Below, piece after piece: positions 1 to 6,834 of a stretch of 12,276 bases of DNA. Source of the stretch: Vulcanimicrobiota bacterium (lineage in GTDB: Bacteria > Vulcanimicrobiota > Vulcanimicrobiia > Vulcanimicrobiales > Vulcanimicrobiaceae). Position numbers and translations under genes: made by a program. The notes below the pieces were generated by a model. It saw only the letters and a list, made by a program, of their open reading frames with translations, was not told the origin of the DNA and searched no databases. Position 1 is the stretch's first letter. The number at the start of each line of letters is the position of its first letter. The DNA lies in assembly GCA_003133025.1 (NCBI GenBank), contig PKZK01000252.1, positions 8,004 through 20,279 of the forward strand. Direction: 5' to 3'.

Positions 1-1
1 T

Positions 2-652
2 GGGCAGCTTGGCCCAATTCTGCGGTTGGCTCATTTGATCCATCAGCGCCTTGAGCACCGTCTGTTGACGGCGCACGCGGCCCCAGTCGGATTCGACGTC
101 GTGGCGATAGCGCACGTAGCCGAGCACTTGGCCGCCGGTGAGATACTGCTCGCCCTTCTTGAGGTGGATGTGCAGGTCGCCGTAGTTGTCGTCGTAGTCC
201 ATGTCGTGCTCGACGTTGACGTTCATGCCGCCCATCGCGTCGACCAACTGTTTGGCGCCGTCGGGCTGCACGGCGAGCGTCGCGTCGACGTGCACGCCGG
301 TCAGCGCGGTCACCACCTTCGCGGTCGTGGCCGGGCCGCCGAAGCCGATCGCCGAGTTGATCTTCTGATGCCCGTGTCCCGGGATCGCAACCCAGGTGTC
401 GCGCGGGATCGAGACGAGCGTGGCCAAGCGGCGGTCGATGTCCAGATGCGCCAGGATCAGCGTATCCGAGTTGCCTTCGTCGGCCTGATAGCCCAGCAGC
501 AGCACGTTGAGCCGATGCGAGTGAAAGGCGCTGTCGGCGCTGCGCACGGCGATCGACTGTTGCACGCCGCCGCGAATCGCCGGAACGGCAAACGCGGCAG
601 CGACGACGACGGCGCACGCGACGAGCGCGCCGACGATGAGTTTTCGGTTCAT
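2..652 (-). CDS. LCP (LytR-CpsA-Psr) family protein, putative cell-envelope glycopolymer transferase; 3' end runs off the window
   Basis: Absent from the ORF track (no stop in the window); translated by hand from ATG at 652: MNRKLIVGALVACAVVVAAAFAVPAI (N-terminal anchor)...NVLLLGYQADEGNSDTLILAHLD...LVSIPRDTWVAIPGHGHQKINSA...LVDAMGGMNVNV...GYVRYRHDVESDWGRVRRQQ. SIPRDT, KINSA, VRxRH and DxGRxxRQQ are LCP hallmarks. GAGGA SD lies just upstream. Confidence 0.93.
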   Translation of the reverse strand, partial: MNRKLIVGALVACAVVVAAAFAVPAIRGGVQQSIAVRSADSAFHSHRLNVLLLGYQADEGNSDTLILAHLDIDRRLATLVSIPRDTWVAIPGHGHQKINSAIGFGGPATTAKVVTALTGVHVDATLAVQPDGAKQLVDAMGGMNVNVEHDMDYDDNYGDLHIHLKKGEQYLTGGQVLGYVRYRHDVESDWGRVRRQQTVLKALMDQMSQPQNWAKLP

Positions 653-655
653 GGA

Positions 656-735
656 TTCCTCGAGGGGAGAGCGCGTTCGAGCGCTTCCCGCGCGTTACGT
701 TACGAAGGGAACGCGGCGAGGAAGGGCGGCGCGCG
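656..735 (-). promoter_or_regulatory. Putative translational attenuator: RAPP arrest codons, anti-SD/SD stem and two internal hairpins upstream of the LCP start
   Basis: On the mRNA (minus strand), RAPP codons 735-724 are followed at once by UUCCUCG (723-717), the exact complement of CGAGGAA (662-656), which contains the LCP SD. Enclosed hairpins: CGCGUU/AACGCG (715-710 with 696-691) and GGGAAGCGC/GCGCUCUCCC (689-681 with 674-665). Confidence 0.68.
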
Positions 736-1323
736 TTTGCCGCCGCGCGCTGCGAGCGGATGGGGACGCGCCGCGTGCGCTACGGCAAAGTGCAGCCGTT
801 GGCTGCGCACGCGCGCGAATGCGCGACGCACGAAGATCGCGCGGATCAAGAGCGCCGCGCCGGCGGCGGTGCGCGTGGCCGCATCGAGCGCGCGCGTGAG
901 CGCACAGACGGTCAGGATGCAGGCGCCGCCGTGCAGCGCCAAGGCGACGCCTACGGGCGCGCCGAGCCAGAGCGCGCCGCCCAGCGGATGCCCCGCGACG
1001 GCGATTTGCTCGAGCGTTTCCATGGCGAAGAGCGCGCCGAGCTGCGCCCCGAAGATCGCGGGAAACATCGGCACGAGGCGCAACCGCGCGAACGGCGCCC
1101 GGGGGCGGGTGACGAGGGCGCGCGTGCGCAGAAACACGTAGAGCGCCGCGAGCACCAGGGCACCGGCGAGCGCGGGCAGCACGTCGAGGCTGCTGTGGTC
1201 GGTGTAGTTTCCGCGCCCGAAGAGGCCGGCGTTGGAGGCCGCTTCGACCAAGGGGTCGGCAAGCGCGGCGGCCGAAATGGCCGCGACGGCGCCGAACAAC
1301 CCGCGAAAACCGCTCCGAAGCAT
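700..1323 (-). CDS. Multi-pass membrane protein with C-terminal RAPP motif (candidate ribosome-arrest leader)
   Basis: 207-aa ORF with about 4-5 hydrophobic segments and a polar YTDHSSLD loop, ending ...HPLAARGGKRAPPFLAAFPS*. Co-oriented with the LCP gene and 47 nt upstream of it. The start codon is less certain because GGAG lies 14 nt upstream. Confidence 0.78.
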   Translation of the reverse strand: MLRSGFRGLFGAVAAISAAALADPLVEAASNAGLFGRGNYTDHSSLDVLPALAGALVLAALYVFLRTRALVTRPRAPFARLRLVPMFPAIFGAQLGALFAMETLEQIAVAGHPLGGALWLGAPVGVALALHGGACILTVCALTRALDAATRTAAGAALLIRAIFVRRAFARVRSQRLHFAVAHAARPHPLAARGGKRAPPFLAAFPS

Positions 1324-1514
1324 CGTCCGGCGGTCTTCTCCATCGGCCGGGCCCGCCTCTTTAGGGGCTCCCGAGAGATTCGACGGCTCCTGCGCTTTCG
1401 GTTTGGGCTCTGCGCCGAACGGACATAAGGCAGGTTGCCGACGCTTGCTCCGCCCGTCCCATGCCCCGCATCAACCGCTCGGCAAACGCTCGAAGACTCG
1501 AAAGGGATCCATCC

Positions 1515-1862
1515 ATGCGAAAAATCACGCAATTCATCCTCGCGTTCGCGATCGCGACACTCGGAATCGCTCCGGCCGTTGCGGACACCGTCGGCAGCGC
1601 GAATTTCTCCGGCATCGTCAACCACGTCTCGGGGAACAACATCAAGGTGACCAACCCGAAGACCAACCAGACGTTGAGCTTCCTGATCGTGCCGAAGTTC
1701 GATCAGGTCTTTTCCGCCGACGGCAAGACCACGTATCAGATGGGCGCGATCAAGGCCGGCCAGTACGTCAAAGTCTACTACGATCAGAAGTTCCTCGGCC
1801 AGCGCCACGCCGATCGCATCCTGTTGCTCACCCAGGGCAATCACGTCATGGGCAAACAGTAA
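1515..1862 (+). CDS. Small secreted beta-rich hypothetical protein (possible OB-like fold)
   Basis: ATG at 1515 after AAAGGGA. MRKITQFILAFAIATLGIAPAVA-D is a typical Sec signal peptide with an AxA cleavage site. The mature part has alternating beta-strand patterns (GIVNHVSGNNIKVTN; IKAGQYVKVYY). Strong GC3 codon bias. Confidence 0.82.
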   Translation: MRKITQFILAFAIATLGIAPAVADTVGSANFSGIVNHVSGNNIKVTNPKTNQTLSFLIVPKFDQVFSADGKTTYQMGAIKAGQYVKVYYDQKFLGQRHADRILLLTQGNHVMGKQ

Positions 1863-2589
1863 CCCCGATCAACTCGACGGCGCGGCGGAAGATCGCGTCG
1901 AACATGGGCTCGGTCAAGACGCCCGTGTTCGTGTTCTGCCGGCTGGGATGGTATGAGGCCAGCAGCACGATCTTCCGGCCGTCGCTTTCGCGCACGGCCT
2001 GCGCTTCGGCGCCGTGTGCGAATGCCGGACGCTCGCTGAAGACGTAACCTCCACGCAGCAGAGCGTCGTACGCAGCGCGCGTGCCGATCGCGCCCAGACC
2101 GAGCACGACGCGCACGGTTGCGAGCGCGCTGAATTCTTCGTCGAGATAGGGCGCGCAATTGCGCAACTGCTGCGGCGTCGGCTTGTTGCCCGGGGGCGCG
2201 CAGCGGACGGCAGCCGTGATCAACGCGTCGCGCAATTCCAGGCCGTCGCCGCGCGCCGTCGACTCGGCTCTATTCGCAAAGCCCGCGCGGAAGAGCGCGC
2301 GGTAGAGCCACAGGCCCGACGCGTCGCCGGTGAAGGGCCGGCCGGTGCGATTGGAACCGTGCGCGCCGGGCGCGAGGCCGACCAGCACGAGCCGTGCCCG
2401 CGGGTCGCCGAAGGCGGGCACCGGGCGTCCCCAATATTCGGCGTCGCGGTACTCGCGCTTCTTGACCCGCGCCACCTCGGCGCAGTACGCGCGTAGCTCC
2501 GGGCAGCGCTCGCAGGCCACGACGCGCTTCTCCAGGCTCTGCAAAGCGCTCGCTTTTCCCCTCCGCTCACCCACGCGGGGCGCGTTCAT
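1846..2589 (-). CDS. udgB: Uracil-DNA glycosylase family 5 (UdgB-type, Fe-S cluster)
   Basis: Family-5 motif GLAPGAHGSNRTGRPFTGD; Cys ligands CERC and VRCAPPGNKP...RNC; C-terminal SYHPSRQNTNTG motif; YWGRPVPAFGD. Confidence 0.93.
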   Translation of the reverse strand: MNAPRVGERRGKASALQSLEKRVVACERCPELRAYCAEVARVKKREYRDAEYWGRPVPAFGDPRARLVLVGLAPGAHGSNRTGRPFTGDASGLWLYRALFRAGFANRAESTARGDGLELRDALITAAVRCAPPGNKPTPQQLRNCAPYLDEEFSALATVRVVLGLGAIGTRAAYDALLRGGYVFSERPAFAHGAEAQAVRESDGRKIVLLASYHPSRQNTNTGVLTEPMFDAIFRRAVELIGVTVCP

Positions 2590-2602
2590 CCGAGTCTTGT
2601 CC

Positions 2603-2638
2603 TAGACCTCGCGCGGGGCTCGTGGCATGCTTATCGCG
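2603..2638 (+). promoter_or_regulatory. Putative sigma70-type promoter giving a leaderless MFS transcript
   Basis: TAGACC (2603-2608), 17-nt spacer, CATGCT (2626-2631) with an extended TG, then 7 nt to ATG 2639. No SD is visible before either candidate ATG. Confidence 0.5.
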
Positions 2639-3859
2639 ATGGCTTCGCAGGAATTGGACCGCCGGGGCATGTCGGTGCTGTCGCTGGCGCACGTCGTCGA
2701 CGACATCAACCAGAGCGCGCTGCCCGCGCTCCTGCCGTTCCTGATCGCCGGGCGTCACCTCAGCTACACCGCGGCGGCCGGCCTGATGCTCTTTGCGAGC
2801 TTGAGTTCGTCGATCGTGCAGCCCGCCATCGGCCATCTCTCCGACCGGCGCTCGATGCCCTGGCTGATCGCGCTCGGCGTGCTGTTGGCCGGCGGCGGCT
2901 TCGCGCTTGCGGGCACGATGCCGTCGTATTTCCTCATCGCGCTGTGCGTGGGCGTCAGCGGCTTCGGCATCGCGATGTTCCATCCCGAAGCGGCGCGCTT
3001 TGCAAATTACGTCGCGGGCGCGAAGAAGGCCACGGGCATGCGCTGGTTTGCGGTCGGCGGCAACGTGGGCTTCGCGCTCGGGCCGCTCGTCATGACGCCG
3101 GCGCTCTTGGCCTTCGGACCCTCCGGTACGCTCGTGATGATCGTGCCCGCAGTTCTCATGGCGATTGCGGTGCTGGTCGAGCTTCCGCGCCTGCAAACGT
3201 TCGCGCCGCCGCGAAGCGTCGCCAGGATCTCGCTCGGCCGTGACGATTGGAGCGCCTTCGGGCGCCTGACCGCGTACGTCTCGCTGCGTTCGATGGCCTA
3301 TATCGGCATGGTCGCCTTCACGCCGCTGGTCTTCATCGACGTGCTGCACGCGAATCCGAGCGTGGCTAACGCGGCGCTCAGCGCGTTTTTGATTGCGGGC
3401 GCCTTCGGTACGATCGTCGGCGGCCGGTTGGCCGATCGCGTCGGACGGCGTGCGATGCTGCTCGGCTCGGTCGCGCTCTCCGCGCCGCTGCTGTGGTTGC
3501 TCTCCATCGCGGCGAACGCGCACGTTTCCGTGTTGCTCGCGGCGGCTTTGCTCTGCGCGCTGGGCTTCACGCTGGTCGCGTCGCAGACCGCCTTCGTGGT
3601 TTTAGGCCAAGAGTATCTGCCCAATCGTTTGGGCATCGCCTCCGGCGTCACGCTGGGCCTCGCGATTTCGCTCGGCGGCGCGTTCTCGCCCGTACTCGGC
3701 TGGATCGGCGACCACCACGGTCTGGTCGCGGTGTTGGACGCGATCGTCGTGCTCTTGCTGCTCGCTCTCGCTGCGGGATTGACCTTGCCGCGGACGGCGC
3801 GGCGCGCGACGCTCAGCGCAGTCCCGGAAATCCAAGCCGCGCCAGCGCTGCGTACGTAA
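2639..3859 (+). CDS. MFS transporter, Fsr (fosmidomycin-resistance)-like family
   Basis: About 12 hydrophobic segments. LSLAHVVDDINQSALPALLP, QPAIGHLSDRR, GIAMFHPEAAR, FAVGGNVGFALGP and GGRLADRVGRR (MFS motif A) match Fsr-like proteins. Alternative start at 2627. Confidence 0.9.
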   Translation: MASQELDRRGMSVLSLAHVVDDINQSALPALLPFLIAGRHLSYTAAAGLMLFASLSSSIVQPAIGHLSDRRSMPWLIALGVLLAGGGFALAGTMPSYFLIALCVGVSGFGIAMFHPEAARFANYVAGAKKATGMRWFAVGGNVGFALGPLVMTPALLAFGPSGTLVMIVPAVLMAIAVLVELPRLQTFAPPRSVARISLGRDDWSAFGRLTAYVSLRSMAYIGMVAFTPLVFIDVLHANPSVANAALSAFLIAGAFGTIVGGRLADRVGRRAMLLGSVALSAPLLWLLSIAANAHVSVLLAAALLCALGFTLVASQTAFVVLGQEYLPNRLGIASGVTLGLAISLGGAFSPVLGWIGDHHGLVAVLDAIVVLLLLALAAGLTLPRTARRATLSAVPEIQAAPALRT

Positions 3860-4337
3860 CGATCCCGACCGAGGTCGAGAGGTTGAGGCTGCGCACCGCG
3901 TCCTCGCGCATCGGAATGCGCAGCGTGCGCTCCGGATAGGCCTCGAGCAATGCGCCGGGCAACCCCGCCGTCTCCTTGCCGAAGAGCAACGCGTCGCCGC
4001 GAGCGAAGGCGGCGCCGGCATACTTCTGTCTGCCGCGCGTGCTCGCAAGCCAGAGCCGCTCCGCGGGGAAATGCGTCAGAAACGCCTCGAGCGAGGCGTG
4101 CACCGTCACGTCGAGCGCGTGCCAGTAATCCAAGCCCGCGCGCTTGAGTTCGCGATCGTCGATCGAGAAGCCGAGCGGTTCCACCAGATGCAGCGCGCAG
4201 CCGGTGGCGGCGCAGAGCCGCGCGACGTTGCCCGCGTTGGGCGGGATCTGCGGTTCGACCAGCACGACGTGCAGCGGTGCGTCCGTCGCGATGTCGTCGC
4301 GCAACCGGTCGCGTGGGTTCGCGGGCCTTTCGCTCAT
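3813..4337 (-). CDS. trmL: tRNA (cytidine/uridine(34)-2'-O)-methyltransferase, SPOUT family
   Basis: HVVLVEPQIPPNAGNVARLCAATG, LHLVEPLGF, LKRAGLDYW, LLFGKETAGLP, RIPM...RSLNLS. ATG at 4337 overlaps the upstream TGA (ATGA). Confidence 0.95.
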   Translation of the reverse strand: MSERPANPRDRLRDDIATDAPLHVVLVEPQIPPNAGNVARLCAATGCALHLVEPLGFSIDDRELKRAGLDYWHALDVTVHASLEAFLTHFPAERLWLASTRGRQKYAGAAFARGDALLFGKETAGLPGALLEAYPERTLRIPMREDAVRSLNLSTSVGIVTYAALARLGFPGLR

Positions 4338-5224
4338 TGGTTGGCGAGCTCGAGCAGGTGCGCGGCGCGTTCGCTCGGCGCGATCAGATAGGCGACGCCG
4401 CCATGCCCGAGCCAGGCACGTTCGAACGCGCCGGCCGGGTATGCGCCGCGCACGTCGCGCCCCGCGGGATCGTTGACCAGCACCGTCCCGTCGGCGCCGA
4501 GGCCGCGCACGACCAGCAGATGCCCCGCGCTCGCGGGCAACGGCGCGCCGGGCAACGCGCCCTCTGGCCACGCGATCGAGACGGCGAGCGGAATGCCCGC
4601 CGCGAGAAACTGCAGCGCGTGGCCGAGACCGCGCAGATACGCGGTTGCGGCCGCAAAGCCCAGCGCGCCCGCAAACGCGGTGTTGAACGCCCAATTACCC
4701 GCGCCGCCGTAGGCCGTGTCGTACACCGCCGCCGCAACGGCCGGCACTGCAAGCGGACGGCCCCAATAGGCCAGCAGCATTGCGAGCGAAGCCGGCGAGC
4801 ACCAGCCGCGTTCGTGCTCGTGACCCGGCGGATACTGCGAATAGGCGGGCACGTCGAGTTCGACCGGCCGAGCGTTTACCGTCGCGTCATCGCCGCCGCC
4901 GGGTTGCGTCGGCGTCGCGATCCACAGCGCGTCGAGCGCGACCTCGCTGCGCACGTGCAGCGTCCTCAGCGGCGGCGTCGCGAGCGCCGTGTCGACGGCG
5001 AGTTCGAGGCCGCCCGCGCACCCGTACTGCGAGCTGCGCTCGCCTTCGCTCCACCGTACGAAGGCCAGCCACGGCGAACGCGAGCCGTCGGGAAAACTCG
5101 CCGCGAGTTCGATGCTGCCTCGCGGCGCCCTCGCGTTCCAGGAGACGAGGGCCCGCGTTGCTTCGTGCGCGAGTGCGACGTCCGCTTCGAGCGGCGGCGC
5201 CTCGAGACGGATCAGATCTGCCAC
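4334..5224 (-). CDS. Peptidase C39-like (papain-fold cysteine peptidase) with an N-terminal beta domain, no signal peptide
   Basis: LDVPAYSQ (oxyanion Gln), WCSPASLAMLLAYWG (Cys), AGNWAFNTAFAG, GHLLVVRG (His), VLVNDPA (Asp), FERAWLG. The likely GTG start at 5224 (or 5230) overlaps the end of the SBP gene; the ORF-track extension to 5815 overlaps that gene and looks spurious. Confidence 0.85.
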   Translation of the reverse strand: MADLIRLEAPPLEADVALAHEATRALVSWNARAPRGSIELAASFPDGSRSPWLAFVRWSEGERSSQYGCAGGLELAVDTALATPPLRTLHVRSEVALDALWIATPTQPGGGDDATVNARPVELDVPAYSQYPPGHEHERGWCSPASLAMLLAYWGRPLAVPAVAAAVYDTAYGGAGNWAFNTAFAGALGFAAATAYLRGLGHALQFLAAGIPLAVSIAWPEGALPGAPLPASAGHLLVVRGLGADGTVLVNDPAGRDVRGAYPAGAFERAWLGHGGVAYLIAPSERAAHLLELANQ

Positions 5225-6834
5225 TCCCACGAATTCCAGTTGTCGGTGATGTATTCGGCGGGCTCGTAGTTGCGCAGGTCGGCGTTGTAGGCCGCGAGCG
5301 TACGCTCCCAATAGAAGAAGACGGTGGGCACGAGTTCGTGAATGCGCGTCTCCTCGCGCTGATAGAGCGCCTTGCGCTTCGCGCGATCGAAGGTGCGCAG
5401 CGCGGCGTCGGAGAGCGCGGTAATCTCGGGATCGCGCAGGAACGAGGTGTTCGCGCCCTTGGGCGGCACGAAGTCGCCGCTCCAACTGCCTTGGTTGTCG
5501 GGGTCGGGTCCGTTGGTGTCGATCGACCACTCGAGGTCGTAGGTGCCCGAATAGAGCGGGCCCGTTTGCGCGAACAGAAAACTCGCCGGATAATTCTTGA
5601 TCGTCAGCGCGAGGCCGAGCCCGCGCAGTTGCTGTTGCATCTGCACCTCGGCCTCTTCGTTGCCGGGTTTGTGCGTTGCGGAGATCGTAAGCCCGAGCGG
5701 CGCGCCGGCCTTGCGGCGCACGCCGTCGGGCCCGGGCGTCCAGCCCGCGGCGTCGAGCAGGCGTTTCGCGCCGGCCGGATCGTACGGATAGAAGGGCACG
5801 TGGGGCGCGGCCCACGAGTCGGGCGGGATGTCGCTCGTGGAGCGCAGGTTGTACCCGTGGTAGACCGTCGCGTTGAGCCTATTCCAATCGATGCCTTCGG
5901 CGATGGCCAGGCGCACGCGCGCGTCGCTCAACCCGGGGCGCGAACAGTTGATGGCCAAGCGCCGCCAGTTGGCGATCAAGTGCGTCACCTCGTGCAAGCC
6001 CGCGATCTGGTGCAGGCGCGGCACCAGCCGTTCGTCGACGTTGGCGATCACGTCGATGTCGTGCGTGGCCAATTCCGAGAAGAGCGAGTCGGGATCGGGC
6101 ACGATCTTGATGCTCAAGCGCTGAAGTTTCGGCGCGCCGCGCCAGTACGCCGGGTTGGGCTCGAACTCGAAGCCCGAGCCGTGATTCCAGGTCTTGAGGA
6201 CGAACGGTCCGCTCGAGAGCGGGTGCGCGTTGAAATCGGCGCGGTTGAGATCGGGCAGTTTGCCCAGCAGGTGCTCGGGCAGCGGCGGATACGCGCTGCC
6301 GCCGCCGCCGCCGAAGATGCCCAGCACGTTGGCGTTGGGCCGTTTGAGCCGCACGACCGCGGTGTAATCGTCGGGCACGTCGATGCGCTCGACGTCGTCC
6401 CAGCCGTACAGCGCCTTGGTGGCATTGCGCCTGTCGACGACCGCGCGCCAGGTGAAGCGCAGGTCGCGTGCGGTCAGCGGCGCGCCGTCGGCCCAGCGCA
6501 CGCCGTGGCGCCAATGCAGCACGATCGTTTTGGAATCCTTGGAGATGCCGCCGTTGGCGTAGGTCGGCACCTCGGTCGCGAGTTCGGGCACGAACTCGCC
6601 GTGCGGATCGTAGCGGAAGACGGGCGCGAAGATCAGCGCGTCGATCTGATCGGTCGCGTCGGTGTGCGCGAACATCGGGTTGAGGTTGTCGGGTTCGTCG
6701 CTCATGCCGATGCGCAGGTGGCCCGGAACCGTCCACGCATTGCGTTCGTCCGCGGTGCGCGCGACGGGAGCGGTCGAAGCGCACGCCGTCGCCGCGAAAC
6801 TCACCAGCAGCGCGAGCAGCGCCGCGCGTCTCAT
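5212..6834 (-). CDS. ABC transporter substrate-binding lipoprotein, family 5 (OppA/DppA/MppA-like)
   Basis: Lipoprotein signal MRRAALLALLVSFAATA-C; EPDNLNP, PELATEVPT, VRWADGAPLTARDLRFTW, SGPF, DARVRLAIAEGID. ATG at 6834 overlaps the upstream TGA (ATGA). Confidence 0.94.
   Translation of the reverse strand: MRRAALLALLVSFAATACASTAPVARTADERNAWTVPGHLRIGMSDEPDNLNPMFAHTDATDQIDALIFAPVFRYDPHGEFVPELATEVPTYANGGISKDSKTIVLHWRHGVRWADGAPLTARDLRFTWRAVVDRRNATKALYGWDDVERIDVPDDYTAVVRLKRPNANVLGIFGGGGGSAYPPLPEHLLGKLPDLNRADFNAHPLSSGPFVLKTWNHGSGFEFEPNPAYWRGAPKLQRLSIKIVPDPDSLFSELATHDIDVIANVDERLVPRLHQIAGLHEVTHLIANWRRLAINCSRPGLSDARVRLAIAEGIDWNRLNATVYHGYNLRSTSDIPPDSWAAPHVPFYPYDPAGAKRLLDAAGWTPGPDGVRRKAGAPLGLTISATHKPGNEEAEVQMQQQLRGLGLALTIKNYPASFLFAQTGPLYSGTYDLEWSIDTNGPDPDNQGSWSGDFVPPKGANTSFLRDPEITALSDAALRTFDRAKRKALYQREETRIHELVPTVFFYWERTLAAYNADLRNYEPAEYITDNWNSWEWQI

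Noticed and set aside
26..1141. 371-aa plus-strand ORF
   Set aside because: Antisense shadow of the LCP gene and the RAPP membrane protein; no family motifs, while the minus-strand frame has clear LCP motifs.
1324..1514. Possible riboswitch, small RNA or alternative-sigma promoter motifs (GGA...GAA) in the divergent spacer
   Set aside because: No convincing fold or consensus, and motif spacing is inconsistent between candidate sites.
4334..5224. C39 peptidase as evidence of a bacteriocin/RiPP cluster
   Set aside because: No precursor peptide, modification enzyme or peptidase-containing ABC exporter nearby; the context points to peptide catabolism.
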